60,442 nt of DNA from Patescibacteria group bacterium (lineage in GTDB: Bacteria > Patescibacteriota > Microgenomatia > UBA12405), in contig WARW01000001.1 in NCBI GenBank assembly GCA_013387215.1, positions 185,301 to 245,742 of the forward strand, given 5' to 3'. The position numbers were made by a program, and so were the translations under genes. This document shows positions 26,683-35,558 of the stretch, piece by piece. How positions within the stretch are numbered: position 1 is the stretch's first letter; every line of letters starts with the position of its first letter. The notes under the pieces are model-generated. The model had not been told where the DNA came from, made no database searches, and worked only from the letters and a program-made list of their open reading frames with translations.

Positions 26683-28173
26683 TTGTTTATAAATCATTTT
26701 AAATCTAAGCTGGAATTTTCATATTTTTCTACGGAAATAGAAAGTAGTTTAATGAGACTTATTGATAAGGTTAGTGATGGCATTATTATTCTAGATAATA
26801 ATTGGAACATACTTTATTTAAATCAAGTTTTTGAAAAAATTTTTGATCAAAAAAGAAAGGATATTATTGGAAAAAATTTATGGCTTTTGATGCCTCAGCT
26901 TGTTGGAAAAAAATTGTATCGGGAATCTTCTATTGTTCAAAAAAATCACAAAAAAAGACATTTTGAATTTTATTCAGATGTTTTTCATAAATGGTTTAAT
27001 ACCACAATATCTTTTTCAAAAGATAAACTAATTATTTATCTAAAAGACATTGATAAACAAAAAAAAGTAGAACTAGAAACTAAAAATTATATTATTTTTT
27101 TAAAATCAATAATTGAACAAATGCCCGTAGGTGTGGTAGTTGTTCAAGCTCCAAAAGGAAATATAATTCTTAAAAATAAAGAACTGGAAAAAATATTTAG
27201 AACACCTGTCAAAGATATTTCTCGGCTCGAAGAATATAAAACCTGGGAAGGTTATCGGGTAAAAAATAACCAGCAGTATAAACCAAATGAATGGCCATTA
27301 GCTAGATCCTTGTTAAGAGGTGAGATTGTCAAAGGTGAAGAAATAAAAATAATAAGAAAGGATGGCTCTGTTAGTTATGTTCGTATCCGCTCGTCTCCAA
27401 TAAAAAACGATGAGGGTCAGGTTGTTGCTGGAGTGGCAATTGATAATGAAGTAACTGAAATAAAAGAAATCGAAAGAAAGAAAGATGAATTTATCAGTAT
27501 GGCCAGCCATGAACTGAAAACTCCTGTAACAACTATTAAAATATTTTCACAAATATTAAAAAAATCACTTGCCAGTTCAGATTATAAAAATGCCCCTACG
27601 TATGTCAGAAAAATGAGCGACCAGATTGTTAAACTAGAAAAACTAGTGAACAATCTGCTTGATGTATCTAGGATTCAATCTAAGGATCTTAAGCTTAATA
27701 AACGATATTTTTCCTTAAATAAACTGGTTAAGGAAGTCGGTGACACAATAAAAATTACAGACGCTTTTCATAAAATAATTATAAGTAATATAGATAAAAT
27801 TATTGTTTATGGTGACAAAGATAGAATCGGAGAAGTCTTAATTAATTTATTAAATAATGCCATTAAATATTCGCCATCTGTTCCGGAAATACGAATATAT
27901 ATTCAAAAAATAAATAAAATGGCAGTGGTCAATGTTGAAGATTCGGGAATTGGAATTGAAAAAGAACACCAGGGAAAAATATTTCAAAGACTCTATCGGG
28001 TTTACGACAAAAAAGATAAAACATTTCCCGGTCTTGGGGTTGGACTTTTTATCTCATTCGAAATTATTAGACTTCATAAGGGCACTTTGACTGTAGAAAG
28101 TGAACCAGGAGCTGGGTCAATTTTTACTTTTACTCTTCCACTAATCAGAAAGAATTCCTCTCATATAAAATGA
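26683..28173 (+). CDS. Cytoplasmic PAS-domain sensor histidine kinase
   Basis: Two PAS-like segments, H-box SMASHELKTP, N-box LLNNAIKYS, and G-boxes DSGIGI and GLGVGL. TTG start is uncertain. Confidence 0.85.
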   Translation: MFINHFKSKLEFSYFSTEIESSLMRLIDKVSDGIIILDNNWNILYLNQVFEKIFDQKRKDIIGKNLWLLMPQLVGKKLYRESSIVQKNHKKRHFEFYSDVFHKWFNTTISFSKDKLIIYLKDIDKQKKVELETKNYIIFLKSIIEQMPVGVVVVQAPKGNIILKNKELEKIFRTPVKDISRLEEYKTWEGYRVKNNQQYKPNEWPLARSLLRGEIVKGEEIKIIRKDGSVSYVRIRSSPIKNDEGQVVAGVAIDNEVTEIKEIERKKDEFISMASHELKTPVTTIKIFSQILKKSLASSDYKNAPTYVRKMSDQIVKLEKLVNNLLDVSRIQSKDLKLNKRYFSLNKLVKEVGDTIKITDAFHKIIISNIDKIIVYGDKDRIGEVLINLLNNAIKYSPSVPEIRIYIQKINKMAVVNVEDSGIGIEKEHQGKIFQRLYRVYDKKDKTFPGLGVGLFISFEIIRLHKGTLTVESEPGAGSIFTFTLPLIRKNSSHIK

Positions 28174-28523
28174 AAGTTTTAGTAGTGGATGATGATCTCA
28201 CCATTTTAGAAGCACTTAAAATTGCGATGGAATTTAATGATTATCAGGTTGAAACTATTTCTAAAGGTGAAGAAGCTGTTTTAATGGCTCAAAAACTTCA
28301 GCCCAATATAATTCTTCTAGATTTTCTTTTATCAGGGCTTGATGGTAATGAAGTTACTAAGAAATTAAAAGATAATCCTTTAACAAAAAACATCCCCATT
28401 ATTATGCTTTCTGCCCATCCTGAAGCCAAAAGAATAGCTAGTAAAATTGGTGTTGATTGTTTTTTATCAAAGCCATTTGATCTTGATGAATTATTCAATA
28501 AAATCAACAACCTTATCCGATAA
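28170..28523 (+). CDS. Single-domain response regulator (receiver only)
   Basis: VLVVDDD, the phospho-acceptor context LLDFLLSG and SKPF. It overlaps the kinase stop by 4 nt. Confidence 0.88.
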   Translation: MKVLVVDDDLTILEALKIAMEFNDYQVETISKGEEAVLMAQKLQPNIILLDFLLSGLDGNEVTKKLKDNPLTKNIPIIMLSAHPEAKRIASKIGVDCFLSKPFDLDELFNKINNLIR

Positions 28524-28548
28524 TTGAAATTTAGTTATATAATTAACT

Positions 28549-29667
28549 ATGATTTCAAAAAATATTATCAAGACCTTTTCAATTATTTTATTCCAACTGC
28601 TTATTTTTTCCCTTATTTTACCCCACAATTTATTTGCTCAAACAAAAAAAATAGCAGCTTTAACCCCAACTCCCACCCCAACAATCTCCAAACCAGTTCT
28701 TCCTCAAATGTCAGCTGGAAAAGTTACCAACATTACTAGCCCTGTAGATCGGGATTTATTTGCTGCTGGTTCTCAAGTTAGTGTCGATACTACTGTTAGT
28801 GGAGATGCTTATGTTGCAGGAAGTGAAGTTAATATCAAAGGTCGACTTAATGGTAATTTAATTGTTGCAGGAGGTACCGTTACAATTTCAGGAACCGTCT
28901 CTAAAAATTTAATTATTGCTGGTGGACAGGTAATAATAGATAAAAGTGCTGTTATTAATGGCTATGTTTTAGGAGCCGGAAACGAATTAACTGTCTCAGG
29001 AACTGTTAATGGTCCAGCTCGCTTTGCCGGAAATTCTTTCAGTCTAACTAATACTGCTCAAATCGCCGGTGACCTGGAAGTTTATTCTGAGAGTTCTAAT
29101 ATTGACCCAGCTGCTAAAATTTTGGGTGAAAAAAGAATTACTCAAGCTCCACAACCTCAAGCTCAAGCCAGAAATATACCATCAAGAGTTGGATCAGAAT
29201 TCTCTGCATTCAACTTATTTTTATTCCTGTCGCAAATTTTAGTTCTTATTGTCTTAATAAGAATTCTTGCGCCATTCATATTTACTCTTGTAGATTCCAC
29301 ATTAAAATCACCCCTAGCAGCCTTAGGTTGGGGATTAATAAGATTAATCATTTTGCCATTTTTAGCCTTAATTTTATTAATTACTATAATTGGAATACCA
29401 TTAGGAATATTAACTATCTTCTTCTATGGACTAGGTCTCTATTTATCAGTTTTAATTAGCGGCATGGCTGTGGGTCGTTGGTTGTTTCAACGAAAATGGA
29501 TTAATAATGAAAATTTTTATTTGCAATCCATTGTCGGCTATTTAATTATTTTTATTCTTGGTTGGATTCCTTTTGTTGGACCAATAATAAAATTTGTTGC
29601 CTTATTATTCGGACTAGGGCTAATTTTTCAATGGGAAAAATCGCTTTTCAGTAAAAAAGCTGTCTAA
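28549..29667 (+). CDS. Bactofilin-like repeat protein with polytopic membrane C-terminus
   Basis: Signal peptide. Repeated GDAYVAGSEVNIKGRLNGNLIVAGGTVTISGTV is beta-helix-type. It has 4-5 C-terminal TM helices. TATAAT lies 5 nt before the ATG. Confidence 0.65.
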   Translation: MISKNIIKTFSIILFQLLIFSLILPHNLFAQTKKIAALTPTPTPTISKPVLPQMSAGKVTNITSPVDRDLFAAGSQVSVDTTVSGDAYVAGSEVNIKGRLNGNLIVAGGTVTISGTVSKNLIIAGGQVIIDKSAVINGYVLGAGNELTVSGTVNGPARFAGNSFSLTNTAQIAGDLEVYSESSNIDPAAKILGEKRITQAPQPQAQARNIPSRVGSEFSAFNLFLFLSQILVLIVLIRILAPFIFTLVDSTLKSPLAALGWGLIRLIILPFLALILLITIIGIPLGILTIFFYGLGLYLSVLISGMAVGRWLFQRKWINNENFYLQSIVGYLIIFILGWIPFVGPIIKFVALLFGLGLIFQWEKSLFSKKAV

Positions 29668-29701
29668 TATATATAAGGAAATATTTGATATCCTTTAACT
29701 A

Positions 29702-30691
29702 ATGTTGCATGGCATTTTAGATAAAATGTTTTGGTGGGTATTAGGCATATTTGCCATCCCCACAACCCTGATTCTTGTATCTTGGAATTCTGTGCCTGGA
29801 AACTATTCTTATGGAATAAAAATTGGTTTGGAGCAATTAGCCTTAAATATGGTAATAAGTCCAAAGTTGAAAAGTGCTTTGCAGATTAAATACACCCAGC
29901 GTCGTTTTGATGAAGTTCAAAAAGTCTTGCCAACCGATCAAGCCAGCGAAAGCTTGGATAACTTAAACCGTCAGATTATTGCCGCTCAAATTACTCTCGA
30001 CAACATAAAAAGTCCTCAAGATAAAACTATTCAAACTCAGAATTTGATTAGTACTCTAGAAACAGTTTCTCAAAAAATTGAACAGGAAAAAGAAACGATC
30101 AATCCTCCCACACTCACCAACATAAAAAATTCTAAAAATAATTCTGTCATTGTGAACTCAAATCAAAATAATATTGTTCAAGTGCCGACACAAAATGTTC
30201 CAATTCCCACTTCTAACCCCGATTCTATTTCATTTCCCACCAATATCCCCACTGAAATTATTTTACCCGCTCCCACCGTCATTGTTTATCATCAGCCTGA
30301 AAGAATAAATCCTTCAACTCCTACACCTGTAACCATAGCGGCAGCAATCCGGCCAGCCCAAACAGTATTAGTGCCATTAAACACACCAAAACCATCCCCA
30401 ACGCCGACCGCAGCTCCAACCCAAGTACCTCCAACTCAAACACCAACCCGCGAACCAACTCGAGCCTCTAATCAAGTTTTTGTTCCACCTCCACCAGCTG
30501 CAACTGTTTCTGATCAGCTGGATGAAACACAAAAAAAGATTAAAGAAGTTATTGATGAATTAAAAAAGTCTCAAGATGAAAACGTACAGCTTGATGTAAA
30601 TCCAGAATCTCATAACTCTGAAAATAAAAATAAAGACAAAGAAAAAGATAAGAACAAAGATAAAAATCACGATACCCAAAACGACAATTAA
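29702..30691 (+). CDS. DUF5667-like membrane-anchored Pro/Thr-rich protein
   Basis: An N-terminal TM helix followed by VPGNYSYGIKIGLEQL...RRFDEV resembles the DUF5667 N-terminus. The rest is a long P/T-rich region and a KDKEKDKNKDK tail. Confidence 0.55.
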   Translation: MLHGILDKMFWWVLGIFAIPTTLILVSWNSVPGNYSYGIKIGLEQLALNMVISPKLKSALQIKYTQRRFDEVQKVLPTDQASESLDNLNRQIIAAQITLDNIKSPQDKTIQTQNLISTLETVSQKIEQEKETINPPTLTNIKNSKNNSVIVNSNQNNIVQVPTQNVPIPTSNPDSISFPTNIPTEIILPAPTVIVYHQPERINPSTPTPVTIAAAIRPAQTVLVPLNTPKPSPTPTAAPTQVPPTQTPTREPTRASNQVFVPPPPAATVSDQLDETQKKIKEVIDELKKSQDENVQLDVNPESHNSENKNKDKEKDKNKDKNHDTQNDN

Positions 30692-31572
30692 CCCAATCTG
30701 GCTATAAACCAAAACAACAAAGTTCTCAATAAATAAGCACCTTTAATTGGTCTTATCCATGGTTGGAATTTAAATCTTTTTTCATGTTCAATAGTTTTTA
30801 TCCAATTATTGTACCCAGTTTCCAAACTCAAAGTAATAGCTTTTGGTTCAAAATCTTTAAAGATTTTCATAGGTATTGCTTCATCAAAATTTACTCTAAA
30901 CTTAGGCAATAACTTTGCAATTCCAGGAATTATTCTTAAGTAGTCTTTATTAGAAGTTCCTTGGATATGAGCTTTTACTATATAAGCATTATTTTTATTT
31001 TTAACGCCATTTATTAAATGGCCGATTCCATTAAACCATTTGCCGTCAACACCTCCACCGCTTGGAAACAAAACAACCAGTTCACCTTTATTTATTTTTT
31101 TGCTGGCTAAATTAATACTATCGATGTTTTTCTTATGCTCATCTTCACAAGTTAATGCTTTTGTTTTATGAATTTTTCTTATTAGTCGAAACTTAATGTT
31201 TGGACCTTTTTTGCAAACTTGACGATTATAAATATGTACCGGAATTAAATGTTTATCAATATTAGGAGTGACGTTGGAAAAGCTCGAACTTATTATTAAA
31301 TTTATATCTTTTCTATTTTCCAAAGATGCCAATAAAACCAAGACTTCAGCCTCATATGGGTGATTAGCCACAACCACAACTGGCCTAGTTTTTAATATAT
31401 TTTTTAATTCTTTATTTTTATTAATAATCAGCAATTTTGTCCCATTATTTTTTATAATTTTAGCCATCGTTTTTTGGATGCCTATTTTGCCGATATCGGA
31501 GTCAATATTTCTGATTACGTTGCCAAGAATTGGTAGAGTTGCAAGACGCATGTACTGAATTTTATCAAACAC
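30688..31572 (-). CDS. Acyltransferase-like protein (PlsC-superfamily variant)
   Basis: VVVANHPYEAEV is an H-x4-E variant of H-x4-D, and VVLFPSGGG is block III-like. It lies downstream of the sortase in the same orientation. Confidence 0.45.
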   Translation of the reverse strand: MFDKIQYMRLATLPILGNVIRNIDSDIGKIGIQKTMAKIIKNNGTKLLIINKNKELKNILKTRPVVVVANHPYEAEVLVLLASLENRKDINLIISSSFSNVTPNIDKHLIPVHIYNRQVCKKGPNIKFRLIRKIHKTKALTCEDEHKKNIDSINLASKKINKGELVVLFPSGGGVDGKWFNGIGHLINGVKNKNNAYIVKAHIQGTSNKDYLRIIPGIAKLLPKFRVNFDEAIPMKIFKDFEPKAITLSLETGYNNWIKTIEHEKRFKFQPWIRPIKGAYLLRTLLFWFIARLG

Positions 31573-31606
31573 TTACTAAAATATTGTTAGTAGAGATAAA
31601 TTCAGT

Positions 31607-32158
31607 TTAAGGCTGAAGTACCGAGAAAACAACAACTCTCTGATTATAGTTGCTTAAAGTTTTACTATACGTTCCATAACAAGTAATCAAATTTAATCTT
31701 GATTGGTCGTTTCTGGTAAATACTGTATTTATCGGAAAATTATTATCGGAAAAAACTTTTACTTCACTGACTTTAAAATTATATGTTTTATTATTCTCGT
31801 CAATTATTGTAATGTAATCGTTAGGTTTTAATGTATAAAGTTTATAAAAAATAGCTGGACCGGTTTTAGAATCTAAGTGTCCGCCAATCACAGCACTCCC
31901 AACTTCTCCCGGTTTTGCCCCGAGATCATACCATGCCACATCGTCAATATTTTTTGGTATATCCATTCTTCCCGTATCAGTCATTCCTACCTGTTCGATA
32001 TTTGCCTCTATATTAAGCTTTGGAATTATTATTCTCGTGGGATTTCCAACTCTTTCAATGTGTGTATTCTGAGATATTAAAACTGGGGTATAGTGACTAG
32101 TCACTATACCCCCTAAGATACCACCTATAAGGGCTAATACTAATATATTTTTATTCAT
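31607..32158 (-). CDS. Sortase family transpeptidase
   Basis: TM anchor, SAVIGGHLDS, the catalytic LNLITCYG, and NQRVVVF. It is a paralogue of the 12166 sortase. Confidence 0.8.
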   Translation of the reverse strand: MNKNILVLALIGGILGGIVTSHYTPVLISQNTHIERVGNPTRIIIPKLNIEANIEQVGMTDTGRMDIPKNIDDVAWYDLGAKPGEVGSAVIGGHLDSKTGPAIFYKLYTLKPNDYITIIDENNKTYNFKVSEVKVFSDNNFPINTVFTRNDQSRLNLITCYGTYSKTLSNYNQRVVVFSVLQP

Positions 32159-32322
32159 TATTTATTCCAGCCCATACCAGTCTTCGGTGCACCTGAAGGT
32201 TTAGCAGTTGGAGTTGGCGAATAACTTGGTGTCGGAGTTTCAGTTTGTGCAAAAGTGAATTTGCTTAATACAGCCAGTGTAACTATAAACGCCGCGGCAA
32301 TAATAATTATATATTTACTCAT
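32158..32322 (-). CDS. Small secreted Pro/Thr-rich peptide (54 aa) ending ...GAPKTGMGWNK, not in the ORF track
   Basis: MSKYIIIIAAAFIVTLAVLSKFTFAQTETPTPSYSPTPTAKPSGAPKTGMGWNK*. Its TAA shares one nucleotide with the sortase ATG (TAATG). GGCGGGTGA lies upstream of its ATG. Confidence 0.5.
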   Translation of the reverse strand: MSKYIIIIAAAFIVTLAVLSKFTFAQTETPTPSYSPTPTAKPSGAPKTGMGWNK

Positions 32323-32499
32323 AATTTCACCCGCCTTTTTTTAATTTTTAAAAAAATATTGTCTGTAAAATCAACCAAAGTATATTTTTTAAGCTTGATA
32401 AAGTTTCAAGAATCGGGTAATAGTAGCGTAATAATCTTTCTTATATTTTTTTTACAAATTTATATTTTTAATATCAAAATAATTTGATAAAAGTTATAT

Positions 32500-33129
32500 A
32501 TGTGTGGCCGATATGTGTTTAATCCAGATGAAGATTTTTATGAGCGTTTCCAAATCGAAAACCGCATCGAAAATATTGTTCCTAATTTTAATGTTTCTCC
32601 AGGACAAACAATGCCAGTCATTGCAAATTTTGACAGACGAAAGGTGTTTATGATGACTTGGGGTTATGTGCCTAACTGGGCTAAAAATGAAAACAAAATA
32701 AAACTAATCAATACACGTGCAGATTCACTTTTGCAAAAACCATCTTTTAAAAATGCATTTCAAAACCAAAGATGTATTGTCCCTGCCAGCGGCTTTTACG
32801 AATGGCAAAAAGGTTCCTCAAAAAAGACGCCTTTCTATTTTTCCATAAAAGATCAAAACATGTTTTCTTTTGCTGGAATTTTTAATGATGACACCTACAG
32901 TATTATTACTACAGATGCGGATAATGCTGTTTCTCCAATTCATGATCGTATGCCAGTCATACTAAAACCGGAAGATGAATCCACGTGGCTTGATAATAAT
33001 TTTAATGTCTCTCTGCTTTTACCGCTTCTTAAACCCTTTCTATCTTCAAAAGTAAAAGCATATCCAGTTTCTTCAAAAATAAATTCTCCTGGTATTAATT
33101 CGCCAGATTTAATAGTTCCCAAAACCTAA
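32500..33129 (+). CDS. SOS response-associated peptidase (SRAP/YedK family, abasic-site sensor)
   Basis: The N-terminus is MCGRY with the catalytic Cys2, and there is an FYEW motif. Confidence 0.88.
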   Translation: MCGRYVFNPDEDFYERFQIENRIENIVPNFNVSPGQTMPVIANFDRRKVFMMTWGYVPNWAKNENKIKLINTRADSLLQKPSFKNAFQNQRCIVPASGFYEWQKGSSKKTPFYFSIKDQNMFSFAGIFNDDTYSIITTDADNAVSPIHDRMPVILKPEDESTWLDNNFNVSLLLPLLKPFLSSKVKAYPVSSKINSPGINSPDLIVPKT

Positions 33130-33149
33130 CCATTCAAATCAATAAAATT

Positions 33150-33380
33150 ATGCCATACACAAACAAATCTGAACTTCCAGATAGTGTAAAAAATAATTTA
33201 CCTGAGTCTGCTCAAGAAATATATTTGAAAGCTTTTAATAGTGCTTGGAATGAATATAAAGATCCTGATAAAAGGCGGGGAAATGAAACTCAAGAAGAAG
33301 TTGCCCATAAGGTCGCTTGGTCAGCAGTGAAGAAAGAATATCAAAAAGATCAAAATGGAAAATGGGTTAAAATGCCTTAA
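33150..33380 (+). CDS. ChaB family protein
   Basis: MPY...ELPDSVKNNLPESAQEIYLKAFNSAW...AWSAVKKEY follows the ChaB pattern. Confidence 0.75.
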   Translation: MPYTNKSELPDSVKNNLPESAQEIYLKAFNSAWNEYKDPDKRRGNETQEEVAHKVAWSAVKKEYQKDQNGKWVKMP

Positions 33381-33432
33381 GTTTCAAGAACTTCCAAAAT
33401 AGATTCTTATCGTTTTTGACATCGACTGATTG

Positions 33433-33448
33433 CTTAGTATATACTAAG
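33433..33448. promoter_or_regulatory. Perfect 16-bp palindrome overlapping the -10 of the GH5 gene
   Basis: CTTAGTATATACTAAG. The embedded TATACT lies 8 nt before GTG 33454. Confidence 0.45.
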
Positions 33449-33453
33449 AGCCG

Positions 33454-35463
33454 GTGTCAAAAAAACAGACTCTGGCTCGAACAGCGCAAAGTCCGCCAAA
33501 AAAATATTCCCTAAAATTAGGGAAAATAATCTCCTTCTTATTAATTCTTCCTTTGATATTTACGAGCGCAAGCGGTTTTCTAAGTTCTCCTGTTCTTGCA
33601 GCAAATTTTAATATCAATGGTTCCGATTCATCTGTAAAAACGGTTAATACTGGGCAGCAGCTTAGTATTTCAGTTAATCCGGACACATCTTTTTCTGATG
33701 CCATTATTGATCTGGAAATTTATGATGCCAATGGTTCCAAAATTTTTCAACAGGCTTTTGAACATCAAAACTTAAATGCTAATCAGGCCACTAATTTCCA
33801 GGCCAATTGGACCCCCGTTTCATCTGGTAAATATCAAGTTAAGGTTGGCATTTTTAATAATAATTGGTCTCAAAATTATTATTGGCAGGGAAGTGCTGGT
33901 ACTATTGACTTATCTGGAACTACTTCACCGATTAATAATCAGACTCTAACACCGGTTAATGCAAATACTACCGATTACAAGGCAGAATATTGGAATTTAA
34001 ATAATACGTCCGATTTTTACTGTCCTTCAGATACTCCAACTCTAACTCGAAACGATACTAATATTAATTTTGATTGGGGTGCTGGTTCACCAGATGCCAA
34101 AATTAATAATGATCATTTTGTTGCTCGTTGGACGAAATCTCAAAATTTTGATTCTGGAAATTATACTTTTACTACAATTTCTGATGATGGTGTCAAACTT
34201 TGGGTTGATGGTAATTTAATTATTGATAAGTGGAATGATCATGGACCGGAGACCGACACTGCCAATATTCAACTTTCCAACGGCAATCATAATATAAAGA
34301 TGGAATATTATGAAAACAGTGGCGGTGCTGTCGCTAAAATGAGTTTTTCTAAAACCGACAGTGGATTGCCTGCACCTATTAATAGTAATTCTGGTGGTGC
34401 TAATTACACCATTGGAGCAGATGGTCGAATTTATAAAAATGGCCAAAAGATTGCTCTACACGGAGTTAGTTGGTTTGGCGCAGAAGGTGGTGCTCACGCA
34501 CCCCATGGTCTTTGGACTCGAAATTGGAAAGAAATGGTTACCCAGATGAAGAGTGTTGGTTTCAATGCAGTTCGTCTTCCATATTGTCCTGGAACTTTAA
34601 GAAATGTAGACACAAACACCATAGATTATGGTCTAAATCCAGATCTTAAAGGACTAAAAAGTCTTGATGTTATGGACAAAATTGTCAATGAGTTGAATAA
34701 TCAGCAGATGTATATTCAGCTCGACGATCATAATCCAGACTGCAATGCTCAATCTGATCTATGGTATACCGATTCCTATCCCGAGTCCCAATGGATTCAG
34801 GATCAAGCTTTCTTAGCTAATCGCTATAAAAATCTTGAATACTTCATTGGTTTGGACATAAAAAATGAACCAAAAGGTAGTGCAACTTGGGGAATTGGGA
34901 ATGCTGCCACTGATTGGAACACTGCAGCTGAAAAAGCAGGTAAAGCTGCCCTAAGTGCCAATCCGAACATTTTAATCTTTGTTCAGGGAGTAGAGAACAA
35001 CCCGACTTGTTCTGACAATTCTCTTGGACATTGGTGGGGAGGCAATCTGGAACCAGAAAAATGTTCTCCCATAAATCCTGATTATATTCCGGCCAACAAA
35101 TTAGACTTTACTCCCCATGTCTATGGTCCAGATGTTTTCAATCAAGGATACTTTAATACTGACAATTTTCCTTCCAACATGCCTGCAATTTGGGACAAAT
35201 CTTTCGGATTTTTGAAAGACCAAAACAAAGCTGTCACTATTGGTGAATACGGCGGAAAATTTGGACACAGTGGTGATCCTAAAGATCCAACTTGGCAAAA
35301 AGCTTTTATGAATTATCTAAGTTCTAAAGGTATTTGCGACAACTTCTATTGGAGCTGGAATCCAAATTCTGGTGATACTGGAGGTGTCCTTCAAGATGAT
35401 TGGACTAATGTCTGGCAAGACAAAGTTGATCTTCTCCGTCTTTACCAAAATCAATGTAAATAA
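33454..35463 (+). CDS. Secreted GH5 endoglucanase/cellulase with PA14 domain and N-terminal beta-sandwich module
   Basis: The acid/base context is DIKNEPKG and the nucleophile context is IGEYGG. A PA14-like segment runs YKAEYWN...DDGVKLWVDG...GNHNIKMEYYE. The N-terminal module is homologous to the one at 25881-26205. Confidence 0.85.
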   Translation: MSKKQTLARTAQSPPKKYSLKLGKIISFLLILPLIFTSASGFLSSPVLAANFNINGSDSSVKTVNTGQQLSISVNPDTSFSDAIIDLEIYDANGSKIFQQAFEHQNLNANQATNFQANWTPVSSGKYQVKVGIFNNNWSQNYYWQGSAGTIDLSGTTSPINNQTLTPVNANTTDYKAEYWNLNNTSDFYCPSDTPTLTRNDTNINFDWGAGSPDAKINNDHFVARWTKSQNFDSGNYTFTTISDDGVKLWVDGNLIIDKWNDHGPETDTANIQLSNGNHNIKMEYYENSGGAVAKMSFSKTDSGLPAPINSNSGGANYTIGADGRIYKNGQKIALHGVSWFGAEGGAHAPHGLWTRNWKEMVTQMKSVGFNAVRLPYCPGTLRNVDTNTIDYGLNPDLKGLKSLDVMDKIVNELNNQQMYIQLDDHNPDCNAQSDLWYTDSYPESQWIQDQAFLANRYKNLEYFIGLDIKNEPKGSATWGIGNAATDWNTAAEKAGKAALSANPNILIFVQGVENNPTCSDNSLGHWWGGNLEPEKCSPINPDYIPANKLDFTPHVYGPDVFNQGYFNTDNFPSNMPAIWDKSFGFLKDQNKAVTIGEYGGKFGHSGDPKDPTWQKAFMNYLSSKGICDNFYWSWNPNSGDTGGVLQDDWTNVWQDKVDLLRLYQNQCK

Positions 35464-35474
35464 CATCGTTTGCA

Positions 35475-35498
35475 AAACCCCCGAGAAATCGGGGGTTT
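35475..35498 (+). terminator. Intrinsic terminator after the GH5 gene
   Basis: AAACCCCCGA-GAAA-TCGGGGGTTT is a perfect 10-bp stem with a GAAA tetraloop, followed by a T-rich tail. Confidence 0.8.
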
Positions 35499-35558
35499 AT
35501 TCTTACAAATAATTAACTTGTCTCTTTTATATTTTTTACTAAGCTCCTTTATCTTTAA

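Noticed and set aside
28524-28739. 71-aa ORF overlapping the start of the bactofilin-like gene
   Set aside because: It is in a different frame from the 372-aa ORF, which has a signal peptide, a repeat structure and a TATAAT 5 nt before its ATG. The short ORF's translation is low-complexity.
10802-35463. Canonical LPxTG sorting signals on the large secreted proteins (10802, 24783, 33454 and 41206 CDSs) as substrates for the two sortases
   Set aside because: None of these translations ends with LPxTG (or LAxTG) plus a hydrophobic helix and basic tail. Sortase substrates must lie elsewhere or be non-canonical.
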